A stretch of 32,234 bases of DNA, taken from an uncultured Enterobacterales bacterium. GTDB taxonomy: Bacteria > Myxococcota_A > UBA796 > JAFGLY01. The stretch covers positions 1-32,234 of the forward strand of contig CAZHIK010000005.1 in the NCBI GenBank assembly GCA_964532635.1, read 5' to 3'. Each line of letters starts with the position of its first letter. Within the stretch, counting starts at the first letter, position 1. Below the pieces are notes generated by a model. That model searched no databases. It was not told where the DNA came from and saw only the letters and a list, made by a program, of their open reading frames with translations. This document shows, in pieces, positions 16,820-23,851 of the stretch. Made by a program: the position numbers and the translations under genes.

Positions 16820-17860
16820 TCAAGAGCTGTTCTTGCGGTACCCGATCGGCCGCTCGTCATCCCTCCACCCCCCTCGCCCACGCCGCCGGACCGCAGGATC
16901 GAGCGCAGCCTTGTCCACGAGGCCGAGAACACAGAGCGTCGGAGAGAGGACCCAGCGGCCCTGTCCGTCCTGCAGGATGGACGCCGAGCCGCGCATGCCG
17001 AGCATCGCCCCAAGCCGCTTGTTGAGTCGGCTCCTGGCCTTGTCCCAGGCAGCAGTACCCGCGTCCGGGCCTACGACGAGCCGCCGAAGCTCATCGGAGG
17101 GCATGGGTCGCTCGTTCAACAAGCGCGTGAGGAGGCGAAGCCCCTGGGGGTGGCTGGGCTCGGGCTCACCACCCGCGAGGCTCATCCAGGCGGTCCCTTG
17201 TGCGGGTAGGGCGAAGTAGAGCTGCTCCGTGCCCGCCATACTCGCCTGGTACGCTTCGAACTCGGCCACGGCCAGCGAGCGCGGCAGCATAGGTGTCCGG
17301 AGACCGACTGCAGGACCCACGAGCATCCAGCGGAACTCCTCGGCCGCAGGCGCGGATGATGTCCGCCGCCGATCCCGTTCCACCTCGATGCCGATGCCGT
17401 GGCACAGCCCGTAGAACTCCAGCATCGTCTCGGCTCGCCCACCCGCGGTGGCCCCCAGCAGCCCCCACTCTCCGTGGGATCGAGCTCGGGGCTCAGCTCG
17501 GAGGAGCTGCTGAACGCGCTGCATCCCGTCCACCAAGGCCTCGCGAGACGTACCCAACCGCGACATCGCCGCCAGCCGATAGAGCGCCGGCCACGGACCC
17601 AGCATCTCAGAGCTCGCAGCCTGGTCGAGCAGCCCCAGAACCCGCTCGAGCTGTGCGGGGTCGAGGTCACGCCGCAGCTCGACGAGCGCGAGCCGGTACG
17701 CCGCCAGCGCCGACCAGGGGCCTGGCAGCGGCTCGGGCTCCAAGGACTTCCGCAGGGCGCGCTCGAGAAGCCGACCAGCCTCCAGGGTCATCCCCACCTC
17801 GAGCTTGGCGGCAGAACCCACCAACAGCAGATGGATGACCTCGTCTCTCCTCGTTCGCAT
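16820..17860 (-). CDS. Hypothetical protein: helical N-terminus and a possible OmpR/trans_reg_C-like wHTH at the C-terminus
   Basis: ATG at 17860. The C-terminal segment GLRLLTRLLNERPMPSDELRRLVVG...AAWDKARSRLNKRLG...ILQDGQGRWVL resembles an OmpR-type winged helix. This is a weak call made by eye. Confidence 0.5.
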   Translation of the reverse strand: MRTRRDEVIHLLLVGSAAKLEVGMTLEAGRLLERALRKSLEPEPLPGPWSALAAYRLALVELRRDLDPAQLERVLGLLDQAASSEMLGPWPALYRLAAMSRLGTSREALVDGMQRVQQLLRAEPRARSHGEWGLLGATAGGRAETMLEFYGLCHGIGIEVERDRRRTSSAPAAEEFRWMLVGPAVGLRTPMLPRSLAVAEFEAYQASMAGTEQLYFALPAQGTAWMSLAGGEPEPSHPQGLRLLTRLLNERPMPSDELRRLVVGPDAGTAAWDKARSRLNKRLGAMLGMRGSASILQDGQGRWVLSPTLCVLGLVDKAALDPAVRRRGRGGWRDDERPIGYRKNSS

Positions 17861-17931
17861 GACGTTCCTCGCCCTGGAGAGGCCCTCCTATCGCGAGAGA
17901 GCCCGCGAGCGTGCTTGCTGAGCCTGACGGT

Positions 17932-17949
17932 TGACAATAGATATTGTCA
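17932..17949. promoter_or_regulatory. Operator-like palindrome TGACAATA-GA-TATTGTCA, overlapping a consensus -35 hexamer TTGACA (17931-17936), upstream of xis/int
   Basis: Perfect 8-bp arms with a 2-bp spacer, read directly from the sequence. It lies in the 100-bp divergent spacer between the 346-aa gene and the excisionase-like gene. Confidence 0.45.
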
Positions 17950-17961
17950 GGACGAATCTCG

Positions 17962-18615
17962 ATGGCCCTTCACTTCACCGATCCCGACGCCCTCACCCGC
18001 AGCCTGGCGGCCGGTCTGTCCTTCAGCCGCGCGGCCTGCGGCAGGGTGCCAATCCCCGACGAGCTGACCATCAGCGTCGACAAGGTCACCTGCGGAGCTT
18101 GCCTCCTGGCGTTGCGCGGTGGGGGCCGTTCGAGCCCGGGATCGATGACGGTGGCGCCGAACAACGACGGTGTCCCACCCCCCGCGGCACCCGCTCCCTG
18201 GCTCAACCTCAAGGACGCCGCGGACCACCTGGGCATGGGCCCCGGGAAGCTCCGCACCCTCATCCGCGACGGTGTCCTCGACGGCGCCGCCTACAAGGAA
18301 GGCCGCTTCTGGCGCATCCACATCGAGCGCGCCGAGGCCGCCCTGCTCCGCACCGACGGAGGTCACCATGGCCTGGCTGGTCAAGAAGAGGCGCAAGAAC
18401 CGCGAGACCGGGCGCAAGGAGATCTACTACAGCCTGGCCTGGCGCGACGATCACGGCTGCACCCAGACCCGCAGCCTGGGCTTCGTGGGGGCCAGGGAGG
18501 CCAAGCGCCTGAAGACCGTGCTCGAGGGGGAGCACGCCCGCGGCCGGCTCGTGGAGCCGCCGCCTTCCGTGCGCTCCTCGACGCCAGCGCAGGAGCCGGC
18601 GAGCCCGAGGCGTGA
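17962..18615 (+). CDS. xis: Excisionase-family (HTH_17/MerR-like) DNA-binding protein; both ends uncertain, 3' part overlaps int
   Basis: PWLNLKDAADHLGMGPGKLRTLIRDGVLDGAAYKEGRFWRIHIERAEAALL is a typical excisionase HTH. In-frame ATGs lie at 17962 and 18145 (the track start at 17944 is TTG). There is no stop until 18615, so the ORF overlaps the integrase ATG (18368) by 248 nt; that tail may not be translated. Confidence 0.55.
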   Translation: MALHFTDPDALTRSLAAGLSFSRAACGRVPIPDELTISVDKVTCGACLLALRGGGRSSPGSMTVAPNNDGVPPPAAPAPWLNLKDAADHLGMGPGKLRTLIRDGVLDGAAYKEGRFWRIHIERAEAALLRTDGGHHGLAGQEEAQEPRDRAQGDLLQPGLARRSRLHPDPQPGLRGGQGGQAPEDRARGGARPRPARGAAAFRALLDASAGAGEPEA

Positions 18616-19639
18616 GCCCGCCACCCTGGAGCACCTGCTCCAGCAGATCTACCTCCCCATCGTCGAGCGGGACAAGGCGCCCAAGACCCACGCCGCCGCC
18701 AAGACAGCCGCGAAGAACCTCGAGGCGCGCATGGGCTCGCTGCGCCTGGACGAGATCCGTTTCATGGTCGTGGACGGCTACGTGACCGCGCGCAAGCAGG
18801 ACGGCCGCAAGACCCGCACCATCCAGCTCGAGCTGCGGCTGCTCAAGGCCGCCTTGAAGCACGCGGTGCGCTGCGAGCTGCTGGACGAGCTGCCGGACCT
18901 GCCCAGCGTGAAGGACACGGATCGCAAGGACATGAAGGCCCTGATCCGACAGCTCACGCCCGAGAAGGTGGAGGAGCTGCTCAGCGAGCTACACCCTCCC
19001 GACCAGCAGCCCCACCGGGTCACGCGCGGCAGGCCGCCGGCCCGCCGGGACCATCTGACCTACCTGGTGGTGCTCATGGCGCTGAACACCGGGATGCGGC
19101 GCAGCGAGCTGCTCACCCGCACCTGGGAAGACGTGGACTGGTACGACGGCGGCCTGGGCTCCATCCTGGTCTGCCCCCGCCCCGAGGTGGGCTTCCAGCC
19201 CAAGACCCGCCGCGACCGCCGCATCCCCCTCACCCCGGAGCTACGCCAGGAGCTGGCCGAGCTCCACCTGCGCCTCGGCCGGCCCGCCCAGGGGTGGATC
19301 TTCCCGTCCCCGCGCGACGCCAGCCAGCCGCGCAAGAGCTTCTCCAAGGCCCTGGCCCGCGCCAGCCAGGCCATCGGCCTGCCGCGCCTGCATCCCCACG
19401 CCCTCCGCCATGCCTGGGCCTCCCGCATGGCCATGGCCGGCGTGGACCGCTGGACCCTGATGGAGCTGGGCGGCTGGCAGAGCGGCGAGATGCTCGACGA
19501 GATCTACACCCACGTCACCAGCGCCCACATGCACGAGGCGATGCGGGGGACGGGGGTGGGCAGGGGGCGGCCGGAGGAGCCGGAGGCTGAGGACGGGGAC
19601 GAGGGCGAGGTCCACCAGCTGGCGCCAACGGCCTCCTGA
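18368..19639 (+). CDS. int: Site-specific tyrosine recombinase (phage-type integrase)
   Basis: ATG at 18368 (MAWLVKKRRKNRETG...). The catalytic region reads LMALNTGMRRSELLTRTWEDVDW ... HPHALRHAWASRMAMAGVDRWTLMELGGWQSGEMLDEIYTHV (R...HxxR...Y). The track ORF's upstream extension from 18170 is off-frame overlap with xis. Confidence 0.9.
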   Translation: MAWLVKKRRKNRETGRKEIYYSLAWRDDHGCTQTRSLGFVGAREAKRLKTVLEGEHARGRLVEPPPSVRSSTPAQEPASPRREPATLEHLLQQIYLPIVERDKAPKTHAAAKTAAKNLEARMGSLRLDEIRFMVVDGYVTARKQDGRKTRTIQLELRLLKAALKHAVRCELLDELPDLPSVKDTDRKDMKALIRQLTPEKVEELLSELHPPDQQPHRVTRGRPPARRDHLTYLVVLMALNTGMRRSELLTRTWEDVDWYDGGLGSILVCPRPEVGFQPKTRRDRRIPLTPELRQELAELHLRLGRPAQGWIFPSPRDASQPRKSFSKALARASQAIGLPRLHPHALRHAWASRMAMAGVDRWTLMELGGWQSGEMLDEIYTHVTSAHMHEAMRGTGVGRGRPEEPEAEDGDEGEVHQLAPTAS

Positions 19640-19658
19640 TCACGCTTGCCCTGTTCCA

Positions 19659-19758
19659 GATCTACACTCCCATCACCAGCGCCCACGTGCACGACGCGAT
19701 GCGCGGGACGGATGTGGGGAGGGGGCGGCAGGAGAAGCCGGAGGTGTACTCCGGCTAG
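19659..19758 (+). pseudogene. Remnant of the 3' end of a second, related integrase gene
   Basis: 19659-19750 aligns without gaps to int 19501-19592 at roughly 85% identity by my hand count. It translates as IYTPITSAHVHDAMRGTDVGRGRQEKPEVYSG*, compared with int IYTHVTSAHMHEAMRGTGVGRGRPEEPEAEDG. Similarity begins abruptly at the IYT codons. Confidence 0.65.
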
Positions 19759-19777
19759 TTTCCGAGCCCTCGTTCTC

Positions 19778-20653
19778 CTACGAACAGCCCACGGCCAACT
19801 CGCAGCGGCTCGGGTACACATACAGCGCAGCTCGGTACGGGCTCGGCCCCCACCCAAGCCGACCGACGGTGCCACTGGTGGCTTCCGCCCACAAGCCCAC
19901 TTCGTGGAACTCCACCCACGCATGGCCCTCGCCATTGTAGGTCCCGATCGCGAGCCGACCAGGGGGCAAGCCCACCCAGCGAGCGGCCGACCAAAGGACG
20001 AGACTCATGTCCTCGCAGTCACCAGTGCCGTCCCACAGCGTCCAGAGAGGCGATTGCCAGAAGTCGGGGCAACCCCACTTCCGATGGTCGGACTGGTAGG
20101 CGATCCGCCTCACGACCCACGTGGCGAGGCTCTCGAGCCGAAGGATCTGCGGAATGTGCGGTGCTGGCACGAGACTCGGGCGCAGGAACGGAAGCACCTG
20201 ATCGGGTCGGTACAGAGCTTTGCCAAGCCGACACCACTGCTGGACCATCTGGTTCATGACTCGCTGCTGGTCGAGGATCGCCAAGCCGGCCTGGACCGCT
20301 GCACTGGGCGAAGCTCCCGCTGCGATCTGGCTGGCAACCAGCGTGGAGAGCTGGCTGGCTTTGGGCCACTGCCCGCGGCCGACCAAATGGAAGATGTGCC
20401 GGAAGGCAGCATCGAGCACCTCGGGTTCAACGCCGCGAGGATGCGCTCGAAGGCTCCTCATGTAGAGCTGCTTCCACACCGATCCGGTCCGCCTGGACCG
20501 GGCGTTCATCCGGGCCAGGACGACCCGTGTCCCCCGCCGCAAGGCGGGTGCCATAGGACTTCCCCGCTGACGGAGGGTCAAGGCTGCGCGCAGGACTTGG
20601 TCAGAGGGAGGGATCGTCATCGGGTCCTCCAAGGGATTCCAAGGCAGCTGCAA
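19778..20653 (-). CDS. Transglutaminase-like cysteine peptidase (BTLCP / LapG-like, Peptidase_C93-like); no signal peptide seen
   Basis: DFWQSPLWTLWDGTGDCEDMSLVLWSAARWVGLPPGRLAIGTYNGEGHAWVEF matches the LapG/BTLCP hallmark (W..P.etl..G.GDCED[FY]..... then a catalytic His in 'H.W/V'). The start is uncertain: 20653, or the ATG at 20620 (MTIPPSD). Either way it overlaps the end of the upstream HTH gene. Confidence 0.6.
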   Translation of the reverse strand: MQLPWNPLEDPMTIPPSDQVLRAALTLRQRGSPMAPALRRGTRVVLARMNARSRRTGSVWKQLYMRSLRAHPRGVEPEVLDAAFRHIFHLVGRGQWPKASQLSTLVASQIAAGASPSAAVQAGLAILDQQRVMNQMVQQWCRLGKALYRPDQVLPFLRPSLVPAPHIPQILRLESLATWVVRRIAYQSDHRKWGCPDFWQSPLWTLWDGTGDCEDMSLVLWSAARWVGLPPGRLAIGTYNGEGHAWVEFHEVGLWAEATSGTVGRLGWGPSPYRAALYVYPSRCELAVGCS

Positions 20654-20876
20654 CCCGCGCGCGCCCCGTTCGTTTCACCATCAGCTCCGCGATGCGCTCT
20701 CGATTCCGTCGATGCGGCCGGCGCACGATGCCTTCGACCCACCGATAGACCGTCGCGTCATCAACCTCAGCATCCGCTGCGAGCGCAGCCTGGCTGCCCT
20801 CGTAGACATGCTTGAGCAGCCAGCTCACCTGGCTGTGGAATCCGTCGAACTTGGATGCCGTCTCGGTCATGTTCAC
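20601..20876 (-). CDS. Small HTH DNA-binding protein (Cro/CI/XRE-like)
   Basis: 91 aa. GSQAALAADAEVDDATVYRWVEG is an HTH-like segment. It is co-directional with, and overlaps, the protease gene. Confidence 0.55.
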   Translation of the reverse strand: MNMTETASKFDGFHSQVSWLLKHVYEGSQAALAADAEVDDATVYRWVEGIVRRPHRRNRERIAELMVKRTGRARVAAALESLGGPDDDPSL

Positions 20877-21067
20877 AGTCTACGGAGAGAAGACCGCTGT
20901 CGTCCTCAACTTGGGCTTGCATTTCGAGACCGTGGACAGGATCGCTGACGCGCCCCCGGTGGACGGATGGAGCTCCATCTCACCGCCTCACCAAGGTGCC
21001 GCTGCCACCGCGGCCGGCGCATCCAGGCGGAGCCTGACTAGCGCGCCGAGATCCCCGTGATCGGAAA

Positions 21068-21093
21068 TGCTAGACAGTTCTGCTAGACAGTTC
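21068..21093. repeat. Perfect tandem duplication of a 13-mer: TGCTAGACAGTTC x2
   Basis: Read directly: 21068-21080 equals 21081-21093. It is non-coding, 68 bp from the tRNA-Pro 3' end and inside the island junction. Confidence 0.9.
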
Positions 21094-21126
21094 GCCCACC
21101 GCCGACCCGACCCCCTGATAGATTAT

Positions 21127-21153
21127 CCCCGCTTCCTCAAGAAGAAAGCGGGG
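21127..21153 (-). terminator. Stem-loop directly downstream of tRNA-Pro (possible terminator)
   Basis: CCCCGCT (21127-21133) pairs with AGCGGGG (21147-21153) around a 13-nt loop, 8 nt after the tRNA CCA end on the minus strand. No clear U-tract. Confidence 0.3.
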
Positions 21154-21160
21154 AATCGCA

Positions 21161-21237
21161 TGGTCGGGGTGGGCGGATTCGAACCGCCGACTTCCTGCTC
21201 CCAAAGCAGGCGCGCTACCAGACTGCGCTACACCCCG
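21161..21237 (-). tRNA. tRNA-Pro (anticodon TGG), CCA encoded
   Basis: The reverse complement folds as a cloverleaf. Acceptor stem CGGGGTG/CACCCCG. D stem GCGC/GCGC. Anticodon stem CCTGC/GCAGG with loop TTTGGGA. T stem GGCGG/CCGCC with loop TTCGAAT. Discriminator A followed by CCA. Total 77 nt. Confidence 0.92.
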
Positions 21238-21300
21238 AAGCCCCCCCGGATTAGCCGGAGGCCCTGGAGTCGTCAAGGGCTGCTCGAGTTCTCGCCCTAC

Positions 21301-21475
21301 CGCGTGCGCAACTGGCCACCCTTGGCGTGAGGGTGCCGGGTTGCGCACGGTGATCGCGGCGAAAGCGTGCGCAAGTAGTCACCCTGGGCCCAAGGGTGCC
21401 GGGTTGCGCACGGTTCTCGCCAGGAAGGCGTGCGCAAGTGCACACCCTTGGTGTGATGGTACCGAGTTGCGCACG
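21301..21475. repeat. Three tandem ~63-nt repeat units, each a long imperfect hairpin (CGTGCGCAA ... CACCCT-loop-AGGGTG ... TTGCGCACG)
   Basis: The 5' arms CGTGCGCAA are at 21303, 21366 and 21429. The 3' arms TTGCGCACG are at 21341, 21404 and 21467, giving an exact 63-nt period. The inner stem CACCCT/AGGGTG is intact in units 1-2 and degenerate in unit 3. The repeats lie between the metallophosphoesterase stop and the tRNA-Pro 5' end. Confidence 0.85.
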
Positions 21476-21496
21476 GCCTGGACCCCGCCCCGCTCG

Positions 21497-22255
21497 CTAC
21501 TCCTCGAAGCTCGAAAGCTCCATCGGCCGGAACCCCAGCCAGTCCCCAGCGACCAGCACGTAGCGCGTACCGTCCAGCACGCAGTCGGCGCCGGTGCGGG
21601 GCAAGCGGCCCAGGGAGTGCAGGTGGCCGTAGGCGCACAGCTGGACGCCGTGGTCCCGCAGCAGGCGCGACGCCCGCGAGGGGCGACCGTCGTCGCTGAT
21701 GGGGGGATAGTGCAGCATGGCGACGCGGTGCTCCACATCCCCGGGCAACCGGCCCAGGGACAGCTCGAGGCGGTGCAGCTCGCGCTCCACGATCTTGCGG
21801 TCCTCGGCGGCCGAGGTCCGGCGCCCGCTGCGCACCCCGTCCGGCATGGGCTTGCGCTCCTGGGGCCAGACCACCTCGGGCAGGTCCCACAGCCGGGTGC
21901 CCGCCACGGCCAGGTTCCCGAAGCGGACCGCGTCGTACTGCAGAAAGTGCAGGCTCTCGAGCTCCAGCCCGCGAAGCTTGCCGATGCTGCCCCACCAGTA
22001 GTCGTGGTTGCCGCGAATCAGCACCTTGCGCCCGGGCAGACGATCGATCCATTCCAGGTCCGGCAGGGCCTCGGGCAGGCGCATGGCCCAAGAGATGTCG
22101 CCCGCCACCAGCACCAGGTCCCGCTTCCCTACCCGCTCACACCACGCCTCCTGCAGGTGCTCCACGTGGTGGGACCAGGCGTCTCCGAACACGTCCATGG
22201 GCTTGGGACGCGCGAACGACAGGTGCAGGTCGGCGATGGCGAAGAGCTTGGGCAT
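21497..22255 (-). CDS. Metallophosphoesterase (calcineurin-like phosphoesterase family)
   Basis: FAIADLHLS ... VLVAGDISWA ... LIRGNHDYWW ... AYGHLH are the classic D-x-H / GD / GNH[DE] / GH motifs. Its start overlaps the rpe stop. Confidence 0.8.
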   Translation of the reverse strand: MPKLFAIADLHLSFARPKPMDVFGDAWSHHVEHLQEAWCERVGKRDLVLVAGDISWAMRLPEALPDLEWIDRLPGRKVLIRGNHDYWWGSIGKLRGLELESLHFLQYDAVRFGNLAVAGTRLWDLPEVVWPQERKPMPDGVRSGRRTSAAEDRKIVERELHRLELSLGRLPGDVEHRVAMLHYPPISDDGRPSRASRLLRDHGVQLCAYGHLHSLGRLPRTGADCVLDGTRYVLVAGDWLGFRPMELSSFEE

Positions 22256-22911
22256 CAGCCCCTGCAGCCCACCCCGCGGATGGCGGCGGCCCGGTCGTCG
22301 GCACCGAACACGGCCGAGCCGGCCACCAGCACGTGGGCTCCGGCGTCCACCACCCGCTGGGCGTTGGCGGGCTTGACCCCGCCGTCGACCTCGATGAGGG
22401 TGGGCAGGCCCAGGGCGTCGATGCGCTCGCGGATGCGGCCGATCTTGGGCAGGGTGGCCTCGATGAAGCTCTGGCCGCCGAAACCCGGGTTGACGCTCAT
22501 CACGAGCACCAGGTCCAGGTCAGCCAGCACGTAGTCGAGCACGGACTCGGGGGTGTGAGGGTTGAGCGCCACGCCGGCCTTGACCCCCAACTGCTTGATG
22601 TACTGCACGCTGCGGTGCAGGTGAGGCACGGCTTCGGCATGGACCACCAGCCAGTCGGCGCCGGCCTCGACGAAGTCGGCCAGGTACCGGTCGGGGTGCT
22701 CGATCATCAGGTGCACGTCCAGGGGCAGGTCGGTGACCCTGCGGGCCGCAGCGACCACCAGCGGGCCGATGGTGATGTTGGGCACGAAGTGACCGTCCAT
22801 CACATCGACATGGATCCAGTCGGCTCCCTTGGCGGCGACGTCGTTGATCTCCTCGCCCAGGCGGGCGAAGTCGGCGCTCAGGATCGAGGGGGCGACGAGG
22901 GGACAGGTCAT
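22255..22911 (-). CDS. rpe: Ribulose-phosphate 3-epimerase
   Basis: [17 protein letters not shown]...[22 protein letters not shown]...DVHLMI...[14 protein letters not shown]...IEVDGGV is the canonical Rpe sequence pattern. Its ATG overlaps the fmt stop (ATGA). Confidence 0.92.
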   Translation of the reverse strand: MTCPLVAPSILSADFARLGEEINDVAAKGADWIHVDVMDGHFVPNITIGPLVVAAARRVTDLPLDVHLMIEHPDRYLADFVEAGADWLVVHAEAVPHLHRSVQYIKQLGVKAGVALNPHTPESVLDYVLADLDLVLVMSVNPGFGGQSFIEATLPKIGRIRERIDALGLPTLIEVDGGVKPANAQRVVDAGAHVLVAGSAVFGADDRAAAIRGVGCRG

Positions 22912-23834
22912 GCGAACACCTCTCCGGCCGCGATGCGCTGGCCGCAGATCAAGGCCGCAGCCAGCAGGCAGCGACGGTTGGCGGGCTGGGCTTGGACGAT
23001 CTCGAGGGCGCCATCACCTGTGGCCACCAGCAGGCGCTTGCGGGCCTGGACCACGGTGCCGGGAGCGGCATCGCCCACGTCGAAGTTTTCGATCACCCGG
23101 GTCTGGTGCACCCGGATGGGCTGGCCGCGGAACTCGGCCTGGCCCATGGGCCAGGGGTTCATGCCCCGCACCAGGTCGTGGATGCGCTGGGCGGGCCAGG
23201 ACCAGTCGATGCGACCGTCGGCCTTGGTGAGGATGGGGGCCATGGTGTGGGCGCTGTGGTCCTGGGGCCGCGGCTGGATGTCGTGGAGCTGCTCGAGGGT
23301 CTCGAGCACCAGCTCGGCGGACAGCTCGGCCAGGCGCACGGCGAGCTGCGCCGCGGTCTCGTCGGGGCCGATGGGGAGGGTACGCTCGAGGAGCATGTCA
23401 CCCGTGTCGAGCCCCCGGTCCATCAGCATGGTGGTGACGCCGGTCTCGGCCTCCCCCCGGGCGATGGACCACTGGATGGGGGCGGCTCCGCGGTACTTGG
23501 GCAGCAGGCTGCCGTGGGCGTTCACGCAGCCCAGCTTGGGGGCCCCCAGCAGCGTGGGGGTGAGGATGCGGCCGTAGGCGACCACCACCGCCACGTCGGC
23601 CTCGAGGGCCACGAAGTTGGGCGGGAAGGGGCCGGAGCGCACACCCCGGGGCTGCATGGTGCGCACGCCGTGTTCCTTTGCCAGGCAGACGGTGGGGGGC
23701 GAGATGAGCTTGCGGCCACGGCCGGCACGCCGGTCAGGCTGGGCCACCACAGCGATGACCTCGTGGCGCGAGCCCAGCAGGGCCCCGAGGGTGGGCACGG
23801 CGTAGGCCGGCGTCCCCATGAACACCACGCGCAT
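22908..23834 (-). CDS. fmt: Methionyl-tRNA formyltransferase
   Basis: [20 protein letters not shown]...[15 protein letters not shown]...[25 protein letters not shown] at 23834. The track ORF extension to 24065 is off-frame overlap with def. Confidence 0.92.
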   Translation of the reverse strand: MRVVFMGTPAYAVPTLGALLGSRHEVIAVVAQPDRRAGRGRKLISPPTVCLAKEHGVRTMQPRGVRSGPFPPNFVALEADVAVVVAYGRILTPTLLGAPKLGCVNAHGSLLPKYRGAAPIQWSIARGEAETGVTTMLMDRGLDTGDMLLERTLPIGPDETAAQLAVRLAELSAELVLETLEQLHDIQPRPQDHSAHTMAPILTKADGRIDWSWPAQRIHDLVRGMNPWPMGQAEFRGQPIRVHQTRVIENFDVGDAAPGTVVQARKRLLVATGDGALEIVQAQPANRRCLLAAALICGQRIAAGEVFA

Positions 23835-23851
23835 GGCGGGACCCCCGAAGG

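Larger units (their letters stand above)
1..21160. mobile_element. Integrative genomic (defence) island next to the 3' end of tRNA-Pro. Right boundary is at or near the tRNA. Left boundary was not found and probably lies beyond the window.
   Basis: The tRNA-Pro 3' end (21161) faces a block holding a tyrosine integrase, an excisionase-like HTH gene, an integrase remnant, regulators, Wadjet, an HNH nuclease and an AAA+/VWA cassette. Housekeeping genes (def, fmt, rpe) start immediately on the other side. I saw no second copy of the tRNA 3' end in the window, so the extent is inferred. Confidence 0.55.

Noticed and set aside
19646-20815. 389-aa plus-strand ORF across the protease/HTH region
   Set aside because: It is antisense to the ORF bearing the GDCED...H protease motif. 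It is Arg/Pro/Gly-rich, and its 5' end merely reads the integrase remnant out of frame.
21251-21445. Small ORFs and the long ORFs 21297..22091 (-) and 21341..22534 (+) running through the 63-nt repeats
   Set aside because: Their peptide 'repeats' only mirror the DNA repeat. There is no start context, and the long ORFs are off-frame or antisense to the metallophosphoesterase and rpe genes.
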